From: Alphaproteobacteria bacterium
GTDB lineage: Bacteria; Pseudomonadota; Alphaproteobacteria; Rhodospirillales; Rhodospirillaceae
NCBI GenBank assembly: GCA_003246625.1
Contig: QJZR01000014.1
Span: 7,219-71,218, forward strand
Direction: 5' to 3'
DNA: 64,000 nt
In this document: positions 28,273-38,983 of the stretch, piece by piece
Position numbering within the stretch: the first letter of the stretch is position 1
Layout: each line of letters begins with the position of its first letter
The notes under the pieces: generated by a model
Databases searched by the model: none
Told to the model about the DNA's origin: nothing
The model's input: the letters and a program-made list of their open reading frames with translations, nothing else
Made by a program: the position numbers and the translations under genes

Positions 28273-30171
28273 TTACATGCCTTCCGGGGCATGGTATTCG
28301 GGAACCACGGTGTGCATCACCGCAAGGGCCTCGTCCGCCGAACCGGCGCGGCAGGCGGTTTCCAGCCGGTCGAGCAGGGCGCGGATTTCCGCCAGTTCGA
28401 CCGGGCGGGGGGCGGCCAGCAGCACCCCCTTGGCCGAGGTCGGCAGCGGCTGTTCCTCGCCGTGGAAGATTTCCTCGAACAGTTTCTCGCCGGGGCGCAG
28501 CCCGGTAAAGACGATCGGCACGTCGATTTCCGGGCGTCGGCCGACCAGGCGGATCATCTGCCGTGCCAGATCGACGATTTTCACCGGACGGCCCATTTCC
28601 AGCACGTAGATCTTGCCCTGGTGGTCGGAGCGGGATGCCGTGCCGACCCCCATCGACCCGGCGGCGATGACCAGTTCCACCGCCTCGCGGATGGTCATGA
28701 AATAGCGCTGCATCTCGGGATGGGTGACGGTCAGCGGCCCGCCCTCGCGCAGCTGCTTTTCGAACAGCGGCACCACCGATCCGGTGGAGCCCAAGACGTT
28801 GCCGAAACGCACGGTGACGAAGCGGGTACCGCTGGTTGCCGGGTCCAGATCCATCGCCTGGCAGAAGCATTCCGCCATCCGCTTGCTGGCCCCCATCACG
28901 TTGGTGGGGTTGACCGCCTTGTCGGTGGAGATCATCACCATCGCCGCCACCCCCGCCGTGACGCAGGCCTCGGCGATGTTGCGCGAGCCCACCGCGTTGG
29001 TGAGAAGGCCTTGCAGCGGGTTGGCCTCGACCAGCGGCACGTGCTTGAGGGCCGCGGCGTGGAACACCAGCTCGGGCCGCCGCTCGGCGAAGATTTCACG
29101 GATGCGGGCGCGGTCGCGCACGTCGCCGATCATCGCCGCGCGCGGCAGGTCGGGGTGGCGGCGGGCCATTTCCATGTCGATGGTGTAAAGCGCGAATTCC
29201 GACGCCTCGACCAGGGTCAGTTCGGCGGGGGCGAAGCCCGCGATCTGTCGCACCAGTTCGCTGCCGATGCTGCCCCCCGCGCCGGTGATCAGAACCCGGC
29301 GTCCGCGGATGAATGCGGCCATGCCGTCGCGGTCGAGAACCGTCTGCGGGCGTTGCAGCAGGTCTTCGATTTCCACCGGCTTCAGGTCGATGCCCCGGTC
29401 CGGCCCGGCGGCGCGCAGGTCGTCCAGGCGCGGCAGGCGGGACAAGGTCAGCCCCAGGGCCTGGGTTTCCTCCAGCAGGCGGGCGACCAACTCGCCGTCG
29501 ATGGCGTCGCGGGTCAGGATCACCCTTTGCGGCCGTTCGTCGCGTTCGGCCAAGCGGGCGATGGCGGCGGGCAAGTCCTCGGCGGTGCCCAGGACCTCGA
29601 CCGCGCGGATGCGCCGTCCGACGCGGGAACCGGTTTCCCCCAGGATGCCGACGACGCGGTAGTTGGAGTCCGGGTTGGCCTCCATGGCGCGGATGAACAG
29701 GTCGGCGGCGTCGCCCGCGCCGATCAGCAGCACCGGCACGCGTTTGCCGCCGTTCGCCGCGAAGTGCAGGGAAAGCTGCCGGTCCTTGAGGAAGCGATAG
29801 GCGAAACGCGGCCCGCCCAGCAGCAGCAGCAGAACGCACCAGGCGATGAACGGCGTGGAGCGGGGAACGTTTTCCAGGCGGTTGTAGAGGAACAGGGCAA
29901 GGGTGGCGGCGACGATCAGAAGGGTGACCCCGCGCACGATCGCGATCAGGTCGTTGATCGAGGCATAACGCCAGACCCCGTGGTACATGTTTTGAAGGCG
30001 GAACGACACCGCGGCGATGACGACGAATCCTGCGGTCAAAAGCAGCATTTCGTGCGGCGGAAAGCGGTCGAAGGCCTGCATGTCGAGGCGCAAGTAAAGC
30101 GCAAGCGGCAGGGTCAGCGCCGCCATCGCCAGGTCGTGAATGAAAACGATATGCTTGCGCGTCAGCCGCAT
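28273..30171 (-). CDS. Nucleoside-diphosphate sugar epimerase/dehydratase (CapD/WbpM/PglF-like)
   Basis: 4 TM N-terminus, [55 protein letters not shown]. Confidence 0.95.
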   Translation of the reverse strand: MRLTRKHIVFIHDLAMAALTLPLALYLRLDMQAFDRFPPHEMLLLTAGFVVIAAVSFRLQNMYHGVWRYASINDLIAIVRGVTLLIVAATLALFLYNRLENVPRSTPFIAWCVLLLLLGGPRFAYRFLKDRQLSLHFAANGGKRVPVLLIGAGDAADLFIRAMEANPDSNYRVVGILGETGSRVGRRIRAVEVLGTAEDLPAAIARLAERDERPQRVILTRDAIDGELVARLLEETQALGLTLSRLPRLDDLRAAGPDRGIDLKPVEIEDLLQRPQTVLDRDGMAAFIRGRRVLITGAGGSIGSELVRQIAGFAPAELTLVEASEFALYTIDMEMARRHPDLPRAAMIGDVRDRARIREIFAERRPELVFHAAALKHVPLVEANPLQGLLTNAVGSRNIAEACVTAGVAAMVMISTDKAVNPTNVMGASKRMAECFCQAMDLDPATSGTRFVTVRFGNVLGSTGSVVPLFEKQLREGGPLTVTHPEMQRYFMTIREAVELVIAAGSMGVGTASRSDHQGKIYVLEMGRPVKIVDLARQMIRLVGRRPEIDVPIVFTGLRPGEKLFEEIFHGEEQPLPTSAKGVLLAAPRPVELAEIRALLDRLETACRAGSADEALAVMHTVVPEYHAPEGM

Positions 30172-30257
30172 GAAAGTCCGTCAGGTTGTGCCGTGCCGGA
30201 AAGCGGGTGGAAGGTACACCCTTTGCCCGTCTATCGGAAGCAAAAGCAGCAGCTGAA

Positions 30258-31247
30258 TCAGGCTTCGTCCCGGTCGCGGTATTTTGCCTGAAACAGGGCC
30301 AGGATCAAGGCGGTGGCCAGTATTGCCCCGGCTAGGCCGAGAAGCGGGCGGCCCTGCGTCGCCAGGCGCGCCATGCCGATCAGGCCCAGGTTCCCGCCCA
30401 GCAGCAGCAGGCTGACCCGGGCGTGCGACCACCCGCCCTGGGTGGCGCGTTGATAGAAATGTTCGCGGTGCGCCTGCCACACCGGCTTTCCGGCGAGGGC
30501 CCGGCGCAGCAGGGTGATCGTCGCGTCGGCCCAATAGAGGGCGGGCAGGATCAGGGCCGCGGCCCAGCCGAGCGGGTGAAGAGAAACGCCCTTCAGCAAC
30601 AGATAGCCGAGCACGAAGCCAAGCGGAATGCTGCCGACGTCGCCCATGAAAATCTTCGCCGGATGCCAGTTCCAGATCAGGAAGCCCATGGCCGCCCCGG
30701 CCAGAATCGCCAGCGGCCCGGCGGCGGCGACGCCGGGCAGAACGATCAGCAGACCGGCCGACAGGCTGACGGTTTCCGCTCCGGTGATGCCGTCGATGCC
30801 GTCCATGAAGTTGTAGAGGTTGACGAACCAGACCCAGGCGAGGCCGAGCAGAAGTTTTTCCATGGCGGAGGGCAGCAGGCCGCCGGTGACCGTGCTGGCC
30901 GGCATCAGGGCAAGAACCAAGGCGGCGGCGGCGATCTGCGCGGCGAAGCGCGGCCACGGCGGCAGCGAACGGCGGTCGTCGATCCAGGACAGGGCGGCCA
31001 GCAGGGCCATCCCGGCCAGCATTGCCCAGTCGGCGGCGTTTCCCCCCCGCAGCGCGAAATACAGGCCGATTCCGGCGGTGACCACCGGGGTTACCGCTAG
31101 GCCACCGCCGCGCGGCGTCGGCACCGCGTGGCTGCTGCGGTGGTTGGGGACGTCGAAAATTTGTTTGGCCCGCAGCCAGCGCAGGACCAAGCCGGTCGCC
31201 GCCGCGGTCAGGACAAGGCTCGCCGCGAAGAGGAAGACCGGCGTCAT
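30258..31247 (-). CDS. MraY/WecA-family undecaprenyl-phosphate sugar-phosphate transferase (WbpL-like)
   Basis: PNHRSSHAVPTPRGGG, WIDDRR, NLYNFMDGIDG, KIFMGDVGS, HREHFYQR. Confidence 0.93.
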   Translation of the reverse strand: MTPVFLFAASLVLTAAATGLVLRWLRAKQIFDVPNHRSSHAVPTPRGGGLAVTPVVTAGIGLYFALRGGNAADWAMLAGMALLAALSWIDDRRSLPPWPRFAAQIAAAALVLALMPASTVTGGLLPSAMEKLLLGLAWVWFVNLYNFMDGIDGITGAETVSLSAGLLIVLPGVAAAGPLAILAGAAMGFLIWNWHPAKIFMGDVGSIPLGFVLGYLLLKGVSLHPLGWAAALILPALYWADATITLLRRALAGKPVWQAHREHFYQRATQGGWSHARVSLLLLGGNLGLIGMARLATQGRPLLGLAGAILATALILALFQAKYRDRDEA

Positions 31248-33652
31248 GCCGCGCCGTCCGGGGTTTGCAGCGAACGATAGAGGTCGGCGACCTGGCGTTC
31301 GATCATCGGATCGGCGTAGGTTTCCTCGATCTTTCGCCGCGCCGCCTCGCCCAGTCGGCGACGCAGACCGGGGTCGGCGGCCAGCCGCGCGATGGCGTCG
31401 GCGATCGCCTCGGCGCTCTTCACCGGCACCAACAGGCCGTTTTCGCCATCGGTCACCAAGTTGCGGCAACCGGGCGCGTCGGCGGCGATCAGCGGCCGGG
31501 CGCAGGCGGCGGCCTCCAACAGGGCCTTCGGCATGCCCTCACGGTACGAGGCGAGGAGGGCGATGTGGCTTTCCGCCCAGACCACCGCGATGTCGGCGCG
31601 CGGCCCCTTCCAATCGATCACGCCCTCGGCGTTCCACAGCGACAAGGTGGCGGGGTGGATGCTTTGCGGATTGGCCGGATCGGCGTCGCCGACCAGGCGG
31701 ATGCGGACCGGCAGGCCGCGTTCGCGCAGGATGCGCGCCGCCTCGACGGTTTCGCCGATGCCCTTGTCCCACAGCATGCGGGAGACGACGGAAACGACGA
31801 TGGTTTCGTCCGGCGGTTCGGGCAGCGGGTGGAAGCGTTCGGCATCGACGCCGGAGCCGGGAATGGTCGTCACCCGTTCGCGGGCGATCACCCCGGCGGC
31901 GACGAAGGTCTCGGCGTCGTCGGGATTCTGCACCAGAAGGCGGGCTCCCGGTCGGTCCAGGCCGAGGCGCAGGGCGGCGATGACGATCCGCCGCAGAAGT
32001 CCGGTCTTGCGGGTGTCGTTGATGAACAGGAATCCCAGCCCGATCAGCGCGTTGACCGCCAGCGGAATGCCCGCCAGCTCGGCGGCGATGGAGCCGTAGA
32101 CCACCGGCTTCACCGCGACGTGGTGGACCAGGGCGGGGGACGTCCTTTCATAGATGCGGCGCAGCTCGTTGAGCGCCAGATATTCGCGCAGCGGGTTGGT
32201 CGAGGCGCGGTCCACCCCCCAGGGATGCACCGCGACCCCCTGTTCCTCGATGCGGGGGCGATGGTGGCGCACCGCGCAGGCGACGCCCACTGCGTAGCCC
32301 GCCGCCTTCGCCGCGCGCGCCATCGGCAGGCGGTGGGACAGGAAGGCGGTGTCCTCGGTGACCGCGAACAGCATGCGCGGCTCGCCCTCGGCGGCAATCG
32401 CCGGGCGGGCGGAAACGATGACGGTGAGGAACAGGAAGCTGATCCCCCACCACGGCGCCCAGATCGAGAAGTTGAAGCAGGCCGATCCCCAGAACGCGCA
32501 CAACAGCGCCAGTCGCGCCGCATGGCGCGGGGAGCCGGTGCGCAGGATTTCCAGCGCGTCGCGGGCCAGCATGCCGGCGACGATCAGGGCGGCGGGAGCG
32601 AAGCCGACGACGCCGGTTTCGGCCAGTATCTCCAGAATCCAGTTGTGCGGGTGCGACGGCACGAAGGCGACGCTGAGGCCGGGAACCAGATGGTCGGCGC
32701 CGGGGATGTGGGCGATGCCGTTCAAACCGTGGCCGAACCACGGATGATCGGAAATGCGGTCGATGATGAACGACCAGATGTGCTGGCGGTGGTAGTCCAC
32801 CAACCACAACGGCAGGCCGAGAGCGCCGGTGGCGTTGGCGTCGGTACAGAAGTGGGTGCCGACGTGTCCCGTCGTGCAGCCGTAGAACGAAAAGAGAAAG
32901 GCCACGACCGCGGCGGCCAGGGCGCCGCAGGAAACCAGAATCGGCAGGCGCAGGCGCGGATGGCGGGCGGCCAGAAAGACCAGGGAAACCAGGATCGCGG
33001 CAAACGATCCGGCGATGGCGGCGCGGCTGCCGGTGCCGAGAATCGTCGTCAACGCGGCGGCGATGGCCAGAAGCGACGCAACGCGCCGCCAGCCCGCCAT
33101 GGTCCAGGCCAGCCAGGCCAGCAACGGAACCAGGCAGGCAAGGGCCGAGGCCAACGCCTTGTAACGGGCCCAGGGGGTGGAATTCTGGCTGTGGCGGAAG
33201 GCGTTGACCACCTCGGGAAACAGCAGGATCGCCAGGACCGACAGGCACAGGATGACGGCGGAGCCCAGGATCAGGGAATCCCGGGCGACACGGGTGAGGA
33301 TCGGGTTGCGGTCGAGGATCGACCACAGATAGGCCGATCCGGCAATCGCCCCGCCGATGCGCAGCCAGGTCAGCGCGCTTTCGCCCCGTTCCGGCGAAGC
33401 CAGAAGGTTCGGCAGCCAGAGCAGCAGCATCAGGCAACACAGCAGTCCCAGCGGGTGGAACAGCGCGGCAAGCAGCAGTCGGCGGGCGTGGCGGGCGCGG
33501 TCGGGGACGCTTAATCCGGCGAGCAGGGCGGCGGCGGCGACCGCGAGGACGGCGGCGGCGCCGAAGGCCCCGGCGGGAATGACGAGACCGATCAGACCGG
33601 CGGTGAGACAGTGCCGCCAAGTGGCGGGAGCGGCGGGCAGGGCAACGGTCAT
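31244..33652 (-). CDS. Fused O-antigen ligase-like (Wzy_C) membrane domain and family 4 (CapM-like) glycosyltransferase
   Basis: N-half multi-TM with RQHIW..HPWFGHG..HPHNWILEILAETG; C-half from M at 32374 with RMLWDKG and SYREGMPKALLEAAA; no stop codon between them. Confidence 0.85.
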   Translation of the reverse strand: MTVALPAAPATWRHCLTAGLIGLVIPAGAFGAAAVLAVAAAALLAGLSVPDRARHARRLLLAALFHPLGLLCCLMLLLWLPNLLASPERGESALTWLRIGGAIAGSAYLWSILDRNPILTRVARDSLILGSAVILCLSVLAILLFPEVVNAFRHSQNSTPWARYKALASALACLVPLLAWLAWTMAGWRRVASLLAIAAALTTILGTGSRAAIAGSFAAILVSLVFLAARHPRLRLPILVSCGALAAAVVAFLFSFYGCTTGHVGTHFCTDANATGALGLPLWLVDYHRQHIWSFIIDRISDHPWFGHGLNGIAHIPGADHLVPGLSVAFVPSHPHNWILEILAETGVVGFAPAALIVAGMLARDALEILRTGSPRHAARLALLCAFWGSACFNFSIWAPWWGISFLFLTVIVSARPAIAAEGEPRMLFAVTEDTAFLSHRLPMARAAKAAGYAVGVACAVRHHRPRIEEQGVAVHPWGVDRASTNPLREYLALNELRRIYERTSPALVHHVAVKPVVYGSIAAELAGIPLAVNALIGLGFLFINDTRKTGLLRRIVIAALRLGLDRPGARLLVQNPDDAETFVAAGVIARERVTTIPGSGVDAERFHPLPEPPDETIVVSVVSRMLWDKGIGETVEAARILRERGLPVRIRLVGDADPANPQSIHPATLSLWNAEGVIDWKGPRADIAVVWAESHIALLASYREGMPKALLEAAACARPLIAADAPGCRNLVTDGENGLLVPVKSAEAIADAIARLAADPGLRRRLGEAARRKIEETYADPMIERQVADLYRSLQTPDGAA

Positions 33653-33746
33653 CAAAAAATCCGATCGCACCATAGACTATAGAAGCGGGAGGCTACGGTG
33701 CGCGCGGGATGCCGTCAAGCGCAGGCGGATTCGGTCCGCCTTGACT

Positions 33747-35015
33747 TCACCCTCGGCGGAAGCGGGCGGCGAAGAAACCGTCCAGGCCGCCCTGTTCCGG
33801 GAGGTGGCAGGGCAGGGTGCGCAGGCAGCCGTCGGCGCGGAGCGCGAACTCCCAGCCGGGCAGTTCGTCGGGGCGCACCGGGTCGGCGGCGAAGCCCGGC
33901 GGCGGCGCGGCGGCTTCCTCGGCGGCTTGCAGCGAACAGACGCAATAGACCAGCACGCCTCCCGGAGCGAGCAGGCGGGCGGCGCTTTCCAGGATCGTTC
34001 GCTGCGCGGCGTGCAGGGCGGCGACGTCGGCGGGGGTCTTGATCCAGGCGGCGTCGGGGTGGCGGCGCAAGGTGCCGGTGGCGGAACACGGCGCGTCCAG
34101 CAGCACCGCGTCGAACGGGGCTTCTGGGGTCCAGACGGCGGCGTCGGCGGCGACGATTTCGGCGGTCAGGCCGGTACGGGCCAGGTTGTCGCGCAGGCGG
34201 GAAAGGCGCGGCGCGGAACGGTCCAGCGCGGTCACCCGCGCCCCCGCCGCGGCCAGCTGCAGGGTCTTGCCGCCGGGCGCGGCGCAGAGGTCGGCGACGC
34301 GTTTTCCCGCGACATCCCCCAGCAGGCGGGCGGGCAGGGCGGCGGCGGCGTCCTGCACCCACCAGGCGCCTTCGGCGAATCCGGGCAGGTCCTCCACCGC
34401 GCCCGCCGGGCGGCAGCGCAGGGTGCCGCCGGGCAGAAGGGTCGCGTCCAGACGCTCCGCCCAGAGCGGCGCCTCGGCGGGATTGCGTAGGCTGAGGTCG
34501 AGGGGCGGTTCATCGAGAAGGGCGTCGGCGATGGCGGCGGCGGTGTCCGCGCCATGGGCGGCGGACCAGTCGGCGAACAGCCAGTCCGGCAGGTTGCGTG
34601 CCGTGGCGGTCCGTTGGCGGAAGGCTTCCGCCTCGCGCAGCACCCGGCGCAGTACCGCGTTGACCAGGCCGCTCTGCCGTTCGAAGCCGCGCGCGCGGGC
34701 CAAATCGACGCTGCTGGAAACCGCCGCGTGGTCGGCGGTGCCCATGAACAGAACCTGGGTCAGGCCGAGCGCCAGCACATGGCGCGCGGCGGCGGCGGAA
34801 GCGGGCAGGGGATGCGTCAGGCAGGCGTCGATCGTCGCGTCCAGTTGCCCCTTGCGGCGCAGGGACAGGGCGACCAGGGCGCGCACGAAGGCGCGGTCGC
34901 GCGGCGAAAGCTCGCGGGTGAAACGGGCGAAGGCCTCGTCCAGCGGCTGCTTGCGGTCGAGAACGGCGCGGCGGATGTCGAAGGCGGCGATGCGCATGGT
35001 CATGGGGGGAGGCAT
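33747..35015 (-). CDS. rsmB: RsmB/NOP family rRNA m5C methyltransferase
   Basis: NusB-like N-terminus, WWVQDAAA, DLCAAPGGKT, LDAPCSATGTLRRHPD; start among 35015/35003/34997. Confidence 0.9.
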   Translation of the reverse strand: MPPPMTMRIAAFDIRRAVLDRKQPLDEAFARFTRELSPRDRAFVRALVALSLRRKGQLDATIDACLTHPLPASAAAARHVLALGLTQVLFMGTADHAAVSSSVDLARARGFERQSGLVNAVLRRVLREAEAFRQRTATARNLPDWLFADWSAAHGADTAAAIADALLDEPPLDLSLRNPAEAPLWAERLDATLLPGGTLRCRPAGAVEDLPGFAEGAWWVQDAAAALPARLLGDVAGKRVADLCAAPGGKTLQLAAAGARVTALDRSAPRLSRLRDNLARTGLTAEIVAADAAVWTPEAPFDAVLLDAPCSATGTLRRHPDAAWIKTPADVAALHAAQRTILESAARLLAPGGVLVYCVCSLQAAEEAAAPPPGFAADPVRPDELPGWEFALRADGCLRTLPCHLPEQGGLDGFFAARFRRG

Positions 35016-35040
35016 AAAGAAAAGAGGACGGGAAGGCAAG

Positions 35041-35223
35041 AAGGCGGGCTTGTTGAAGGAAAGGTCGCGGACCCTCCGCACCTCCCATTCGTTTGATTTT
35101 TGTGCGCAACGCGATAAAGCCATCACGCGGCGTGATGGTTGATAGCCGCTGACGCGGCGAAAAAGGGAATGGGGTCCAGGGGGCCGAGCCCCCTGGCGGG
35201 TGCGGGCGGAGCCCGCGGGTTTT
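35041..35223. repeat. Dispersed palindromic repeat, copy 5 (reverse orientation, one arm degenerate)
   Basis: CCATCACGCGGCGTGATGG core hairpin, CGCGGCGAAAAA, CCAGGGGGC-CGA-GCCCCCTGG, GGGCGGAGCCCGCGGGTTTT. Confidence 0.88.
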
Positions 35224-35225
35224 CT

Positions 35226-36623
35226 TCAGAATATCGTCGAGAAGGTGGTGACGGGGCCGCCGCGCAGCATCTCGGCGAGGCGGGAGAGCCCTTCCTCGAC
35301 CTTGGCGCGGGTCTTGCCGCCGCCGAGGCCGAGGCGCACCGCGGGCGGCGCGGCGCGACGGCCGAGGACGAAGTGGTCGGCGGCGGAGACGATCAGGCCG
35401 CGCTGCCGGGCGGCGCGGGTGAATTCGTCGGAACGCCAGGGTTCGGGCAGGTTGAGCCACAGGTGATAGGAGCCGGTGTCCCCCATCACCAGGAAGCCGT
35501 CGAGGGCCTTGAGCGCCAGGTTGCGGCGGGCGCGGGCCTCGGCGCGGTGCCAGCGGCAGCAGTCGCGCGCGGTGCCGTCCTCGATCCAGCGGGTGGTGAT
35601 TTCCAGGGTGATCGGCGCCGGGGTCATGGTCGACAGGCGCACCCCGGCGGCGAGCGCGGGCAAAAGTTCGGTCGGCCCCAGCATGTAGCCGACGCGCAGG
35701 CCCGGCGCCATGCATTTTGCCGCGCTGTTGAGATAGATGGTGCGTTCCGGGGCCAGGGCGGCCAGCGGCGACAGGCGTTCGGTATCCTCGGCGAGGAAGC
35801 CGTAGACGTCGTCCTCGATGATCCATACGCCGTGGCGGTTGGCCAGCCGGGCCAGGGCCTCGCGCCGGTCGCGCGGCCAGACGGTGCCGGTGGGGTTCTG
35901 GAAGTTGGGCACGCAATAGACGGCGCGCGGCGCGTGGTGGACGATGGCGTGTTCCAGCGCCTCGGTCGTCATGCCGTGGTCGTCCATGGTCAGGCCGAGC
36001 AGGCGCACCCCCAGCAGGCGGGCGAGGTTCTTCATGCCGGGATAGGTGAACTCGTCGCAGAGAACGGTGTCGCCGGCGCGGCAGATGGTCAAGAGCGCCG
36101 CCAGCATGCCGTTCTGCGCGCCGTTGTTGAGGATCAGCCGGTCGGGGGCGAAGGGGGTGCCCTGGCTTTCCGCCCAGGAGGCGAGGATGCGGCGCGAACG
36201 CTCTAGTTCCGTGTCGCTGGGATAGCCGAGCAGCGCATCCAGGCGCGGGTCGGCGGTCAGGCGGGGCAGGGTGTCGCGCAGGCGTTCCGCGGCGATGCCC
36301 TCGGCGGGCAGGTTGACCGCGAAGTCGAAGACGTTGGGTTCGGAGTCGTGGCGGGTGGTGAGCGGGGTGAAGGTCATCAGCCCCGGTTTGACGAAGGTGC
36401 CGCGCCCGACCTCGCCGCTCAGCAGATCGCGGCGGATCGCCTCGGCATAGGCGCGGGTGACCGTGCCCACCGTCACCCCCAGGTTCTGCGCCAGATCGCG
36501 ATGGGTGGGCAAACGTTCGCCCGGCGCCAGTTCGCCGGTGGCGATGGCGTCGGCGATGGCTTCGGCAATGGCGATATAGCGCGGCCCGCTCCGCGCCGAG
36601 AGGTCGGGAACCCAGCTTGTCAT
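35226..36623 (-). CDS. MocR/GntR-family PLP-dependent transcriptional regulator
   Basis: RYIAIAEAI..GERLPTHRDLA..VGTVTRAY HTH plus aminotransferase-like domain (IIEDDVY, SAAKCMAPGLRVGY). Confidence 0.95.
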   Translation of the reverse strand: MTSWVPDLSARSGPRYIAIAEAIADAIATGELAPGERLPTHRDLAQNLGVTVGTVTRAYAEAIRRDLLSGEVGRGTFVKPGLMTFTPLTTRHDSEPNVFDFAVNLPAEGIAAERLRDTLPRLTADPRLDALLGYPSDTELERSRRILASWAESQGTPFAPDRLILNNGAQNGMLAALLTICRAGDTVLCDEFTYPGMKNLARLLGVRLLGLTMDDHGMTTEALEHAIVHHAPRAVYCVPNFQNPTGTVWPRDRREALARLANRHGVWIIEDDVYGFLAEDTERLSPLAALAPERTIYLNSAAKCMAPGLRVGYMLGPTELLPALAAGVRLSTMTPAPITLEITTRWIEDGTARDCCRWHRAEARARRNLALKALDGFLVMGDTGSYHLWLNLPEPWRSDEFTRAARQRGLIVSAADHFVLGRRAAPPAVRLGLGGGKTRAKVEEGLSRLAEMLRGGPVTTFSTIF

Positions 36624-36639
36624 GGTGACAATAAATACA

Positions 36640-36683
36640 TTGACGCCGGATTAGAGTCAAATTACGTATTGTATACGCACAAT
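36640..36683. promoter_or_regulatory. Putative MocR operator / divergent promoter region
   Basis: Inverted repeats TTGAC-N11-GTCAA (36640-36660) and ATTGT-N6-ACAAT (36668-36683) in AT-rich spacer. Confidence 0.5.
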
Positions 36684-36707
36684 GCGTACAGTCTCGGAGC
36701 GAATGTC

Positions 36708-36959
36708 ATGAATAGCGTTCAATGTATCGGTACATATCGACCTAGCCACAAATCCCGGCGTACCCCGACGGCTCCTCGCCGGGAGCTGACCGCAATCGGC
36801 GAGCGCGCCGCCGCGGTTGTCGAGGTGCTGTCGGTTTGGTGTCGGCGTATCGGCACGCGCCGGGCCTTGCGGGTGTATCCCGATTCGATGCTGGCAGCCA
36901 TGGGGCTGACCCGCGCCCAGGCGGCGAAGGAAGCCGCTAAGCCCTTCTGGGCTGCCTGA
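36708..36959 (+). CDS. DUF1127 (YjiS-like) small protein
   Basis: C-terminal W.RR..TRRAL...PDSMLAAMGLTRAQA..EA.KPFW; GGAG RBS; divergent from MocR as in yjiR/yjiS. Confidence 0.85.
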   Translation: MNSVQCIGTYRPSHKSRRTPTAPRRELTAIGERAAAVVEVLSVWCRRIGTRRALRVYPDSMLAAMGLTRAQAAKEAAKPFWAA

Positions 36960-36975
36960 TCAATCCTGTGAAAAA

Positions 36976-37833
36976 CTAGCCTCGCCGCGTCTGCGCCGCC
37001 AACCGGTGCAGACGCGCGATGCGTTCCGCCATCGGCGGATGGGTGGAAAACAGCGACGCCAAACCGCCGCCCCGGAGCGGGTTGACGATGAACAGGTGCG
37101 CGGTGGCGGGGTTGCCCTCGGCCACCGGGTTGACCTGACGGTGCGCGGCCTCTTCCAAATGGGTCAGGGCGTCGGCCAGCCACAGCGGATGGCCGCAGAT
37201 CGCCGCGCCGTGGGCGTCGGCCTCGAACTCGCGGCTGCGGGAAATCGCCATCTGCACCAGACCCGCCGCCAGGGGGGCGAGCAGGGCCATCGCGATTGTC
37301 GCGATTCCGGCGCCGGGATTGTCCCTATCGTCGCGCCGCCCGCCGAAGAAGAAGGCGAAATTCGCCAGCATCGAGATCGCCCCCGCCAGGGTGGCGGCGA
37401 TTGTCATGGTCAGGGTATCGCGATTTTTCACGTGGGCGAGTTCGTGTCCCATCACCCCGGCGATCTGCTGCGGCGAGAGCTGGCGCAACAGGCCGGTGGT
37501 GGCGGCAACCGCCGCATTCTCGGGGTTGCGGCCGGTGGCGAAGGCGTTGGGTTGTTCGGAGTCGACGATGAAGACGCGCGGCATCGGCAGCCCGGCATTG
37601 ATCGCCAGTTGTTCGACGATGCCGTAAAGCTCGGGCGCCTGGGCGCGGTCCACTTGCCGCGCGCCATAGGCGGCCAGCACCATCTTGTCGGAGTGCCAGA
37701 ACGACAGCAGGTTCATGCCGCCGGCGAAGACCAGCGCCATCATCATGCCGCCCTGTCCGCCCAGCCCGTAGCCGAGCGCCAGGAAAAGAGCGGTCAACCC
37801 CGCCAGAAGCACCGCGACTCGCGCGTAACCCAT
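36976..37833 (-). CDS. htpX: Zinc metalloprotease HtpX
   Basis: [46 protein letters not shown]. Confidence 0.97.
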   Translation of the reverse strand: MGYARVAVLLAGLTALFLALGYGLGGQGGMMMALVFAGGMNLLSFWHSDKMVLAAYGARQVDRAQAPELYGIVEQLAINAGLPMPRVFIVDSEQPNAFATGRNPENAAVAATTGLLRQLSPQQIAGVMGHELAHVKNRDTLTMTIAATLAGAISMLANFAFFFGGRRDDRDNPGAGIATIAMALLAPLAAGLVQMAISRSREFEADAHGAAICGHPLWLADALTHLEEAAHRQVNPVAEGNPATAHLFIVNPLRGGGLASLFSTHPPMAERIARLHRLAAQTRRG

Positions 37834-37871
37834 GGTGACGATCCTTGAATGATTGCGGCATCCGCCCGTCA

Positions 37872-37901
37872 ATATCGGGGGGCCGCCGGTCGGCGCGCAA
37901 G
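37872..37901 (-). promoter_or_regulatory. Putative RpoH-type promoter of htpX
   Basis: Minus strand CTTGCG-N17-CCGATAT upstream of a heat-shock gene. Confidence 0.4.
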
Positions 37902-37906
37902 GGGGA

Positions 37907-38983
37907 TCAGGAGGAGGATTCGGCCAGCAGCACCCGGTTACGGCCGCTTTTCTTGGCGCCGTAAAGCGCGGCATCGGCGGTGCGCAGAAGGGTGTCGAGG
38001 TCGGTTCCGGGAACCAGAGCCGCCACCCCCAGGCTGACGGTGAAGGCGATGGTATCGTCGCCATAGGCAAGGCGGTGTTCGGCCACCGCGGCGCGCAGGC
38101 GGTTGAGCAAGGCCATCCCCGCGTCGATCGCCATCGGCCGCAGCAGAATGGTGAATTCCTCGCCGCCGATCCGGCAGAACATCGAGCCTTCGGGCAACTG
38201 TTCGGTCGCGACCTTGGCGAAGGCGCGCAGGGCCTCGTCCCCCGCGGCATGGCCGAAGGTGTCGTTGACCCGTTTGAAGTGGTCGATGTCGGCGACCGCC
38301 AGAAGGCCGGGGCGATTCTGGTCGCCCGGTTCGGTCAGCAGCGGCGGCGCCGCGTCGAAGAAATAGCGGCGGTTGTGAATGCCGGTGTTCTGGTCGTGGT
38401 ACATCAGCCGGGTAATCTGTTGATTTTGTTCGGCGATGCTTTGCTTTTGGCTTTCGATCTGTTCCGCCAGTTCGGCCAGCTGGGAGGCCTGGTCCTCGGT
38501 ATAGGCCAGCGAGGACTGCAGGTCCTGGGCGAAGCGTTCCAGTTCGCTTTTTTCCTCGGTCGCCTGCGACAGGCTGCGGATCAAGGTCCGCTCCGCCTTG
38601 CGGTCGTTGCTGAGGTCGATGACGACGCCGATGATGCCCGCCACTTGGTTGTCGCGGGTGACCGCCGGGATCTTGAGAATGCGGACGTCCGTCACCTCGC
38701 CGCAGGGGCAGCTGATCTGGGCGTCGTAAATCTGGCGTTGGCGGCTGTCGAGCACCGCGCGGTCGGTTTCCGCCGCCTGGACGGCGTGGCTGTCCCCCAG
38801 GATCTCGATGGTCGACTTGCCCGGAATTTCCATGCGGGAGCAGGTGCAATACCGCTCGAATTGCGCGTTGCACCAAGTATAGCGGAGCGACGAATCCTTG
38901 AGGAAAATTGCCAGCGGCAGGGAGTCGAGAACCGTTTCCAGCTCGCAGCCGGGAAGCAGGCCGGACACACCGTACGGTATCAT
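37907..38983 (-). CDS. PAS-domain diguanylate cyclase
   Basis: PAS/PAC, coiled coil, [34 protein letters not shown]. Confidence 0.93.
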   Translation of the reverse strand: MIPYGVSGLLPGCELETVLDSLPLAIFLKDSSLRYTWCNAQFERYCTCSRMEIPGKSTIEILGDSHAVQAAETDRAVLDSRQRQIYDAQISCPCGEVTDVRILKIPAVTRDNQVAGIIGVVIDLSNDRKAERTLIRSLSQATEEKSELERFAQDLQSSLAYTEDQASQLAELAEQIESQKQSIAEQNQQITRLMYHDQNTGIHNRRYFFDAAPPLLTEPGDQNRPGLLAVADIDHFKRVNDTFGHAAGDEALRAFAKVATEQLPEGSMFCRIGGEEFTILLRPMAIDAGMALLNRLRAAVAEHRLAYGDDTIAFTVSLGVAALVPGTDLDTLLRTADAALYGAKKSGRNRVLLAESSS

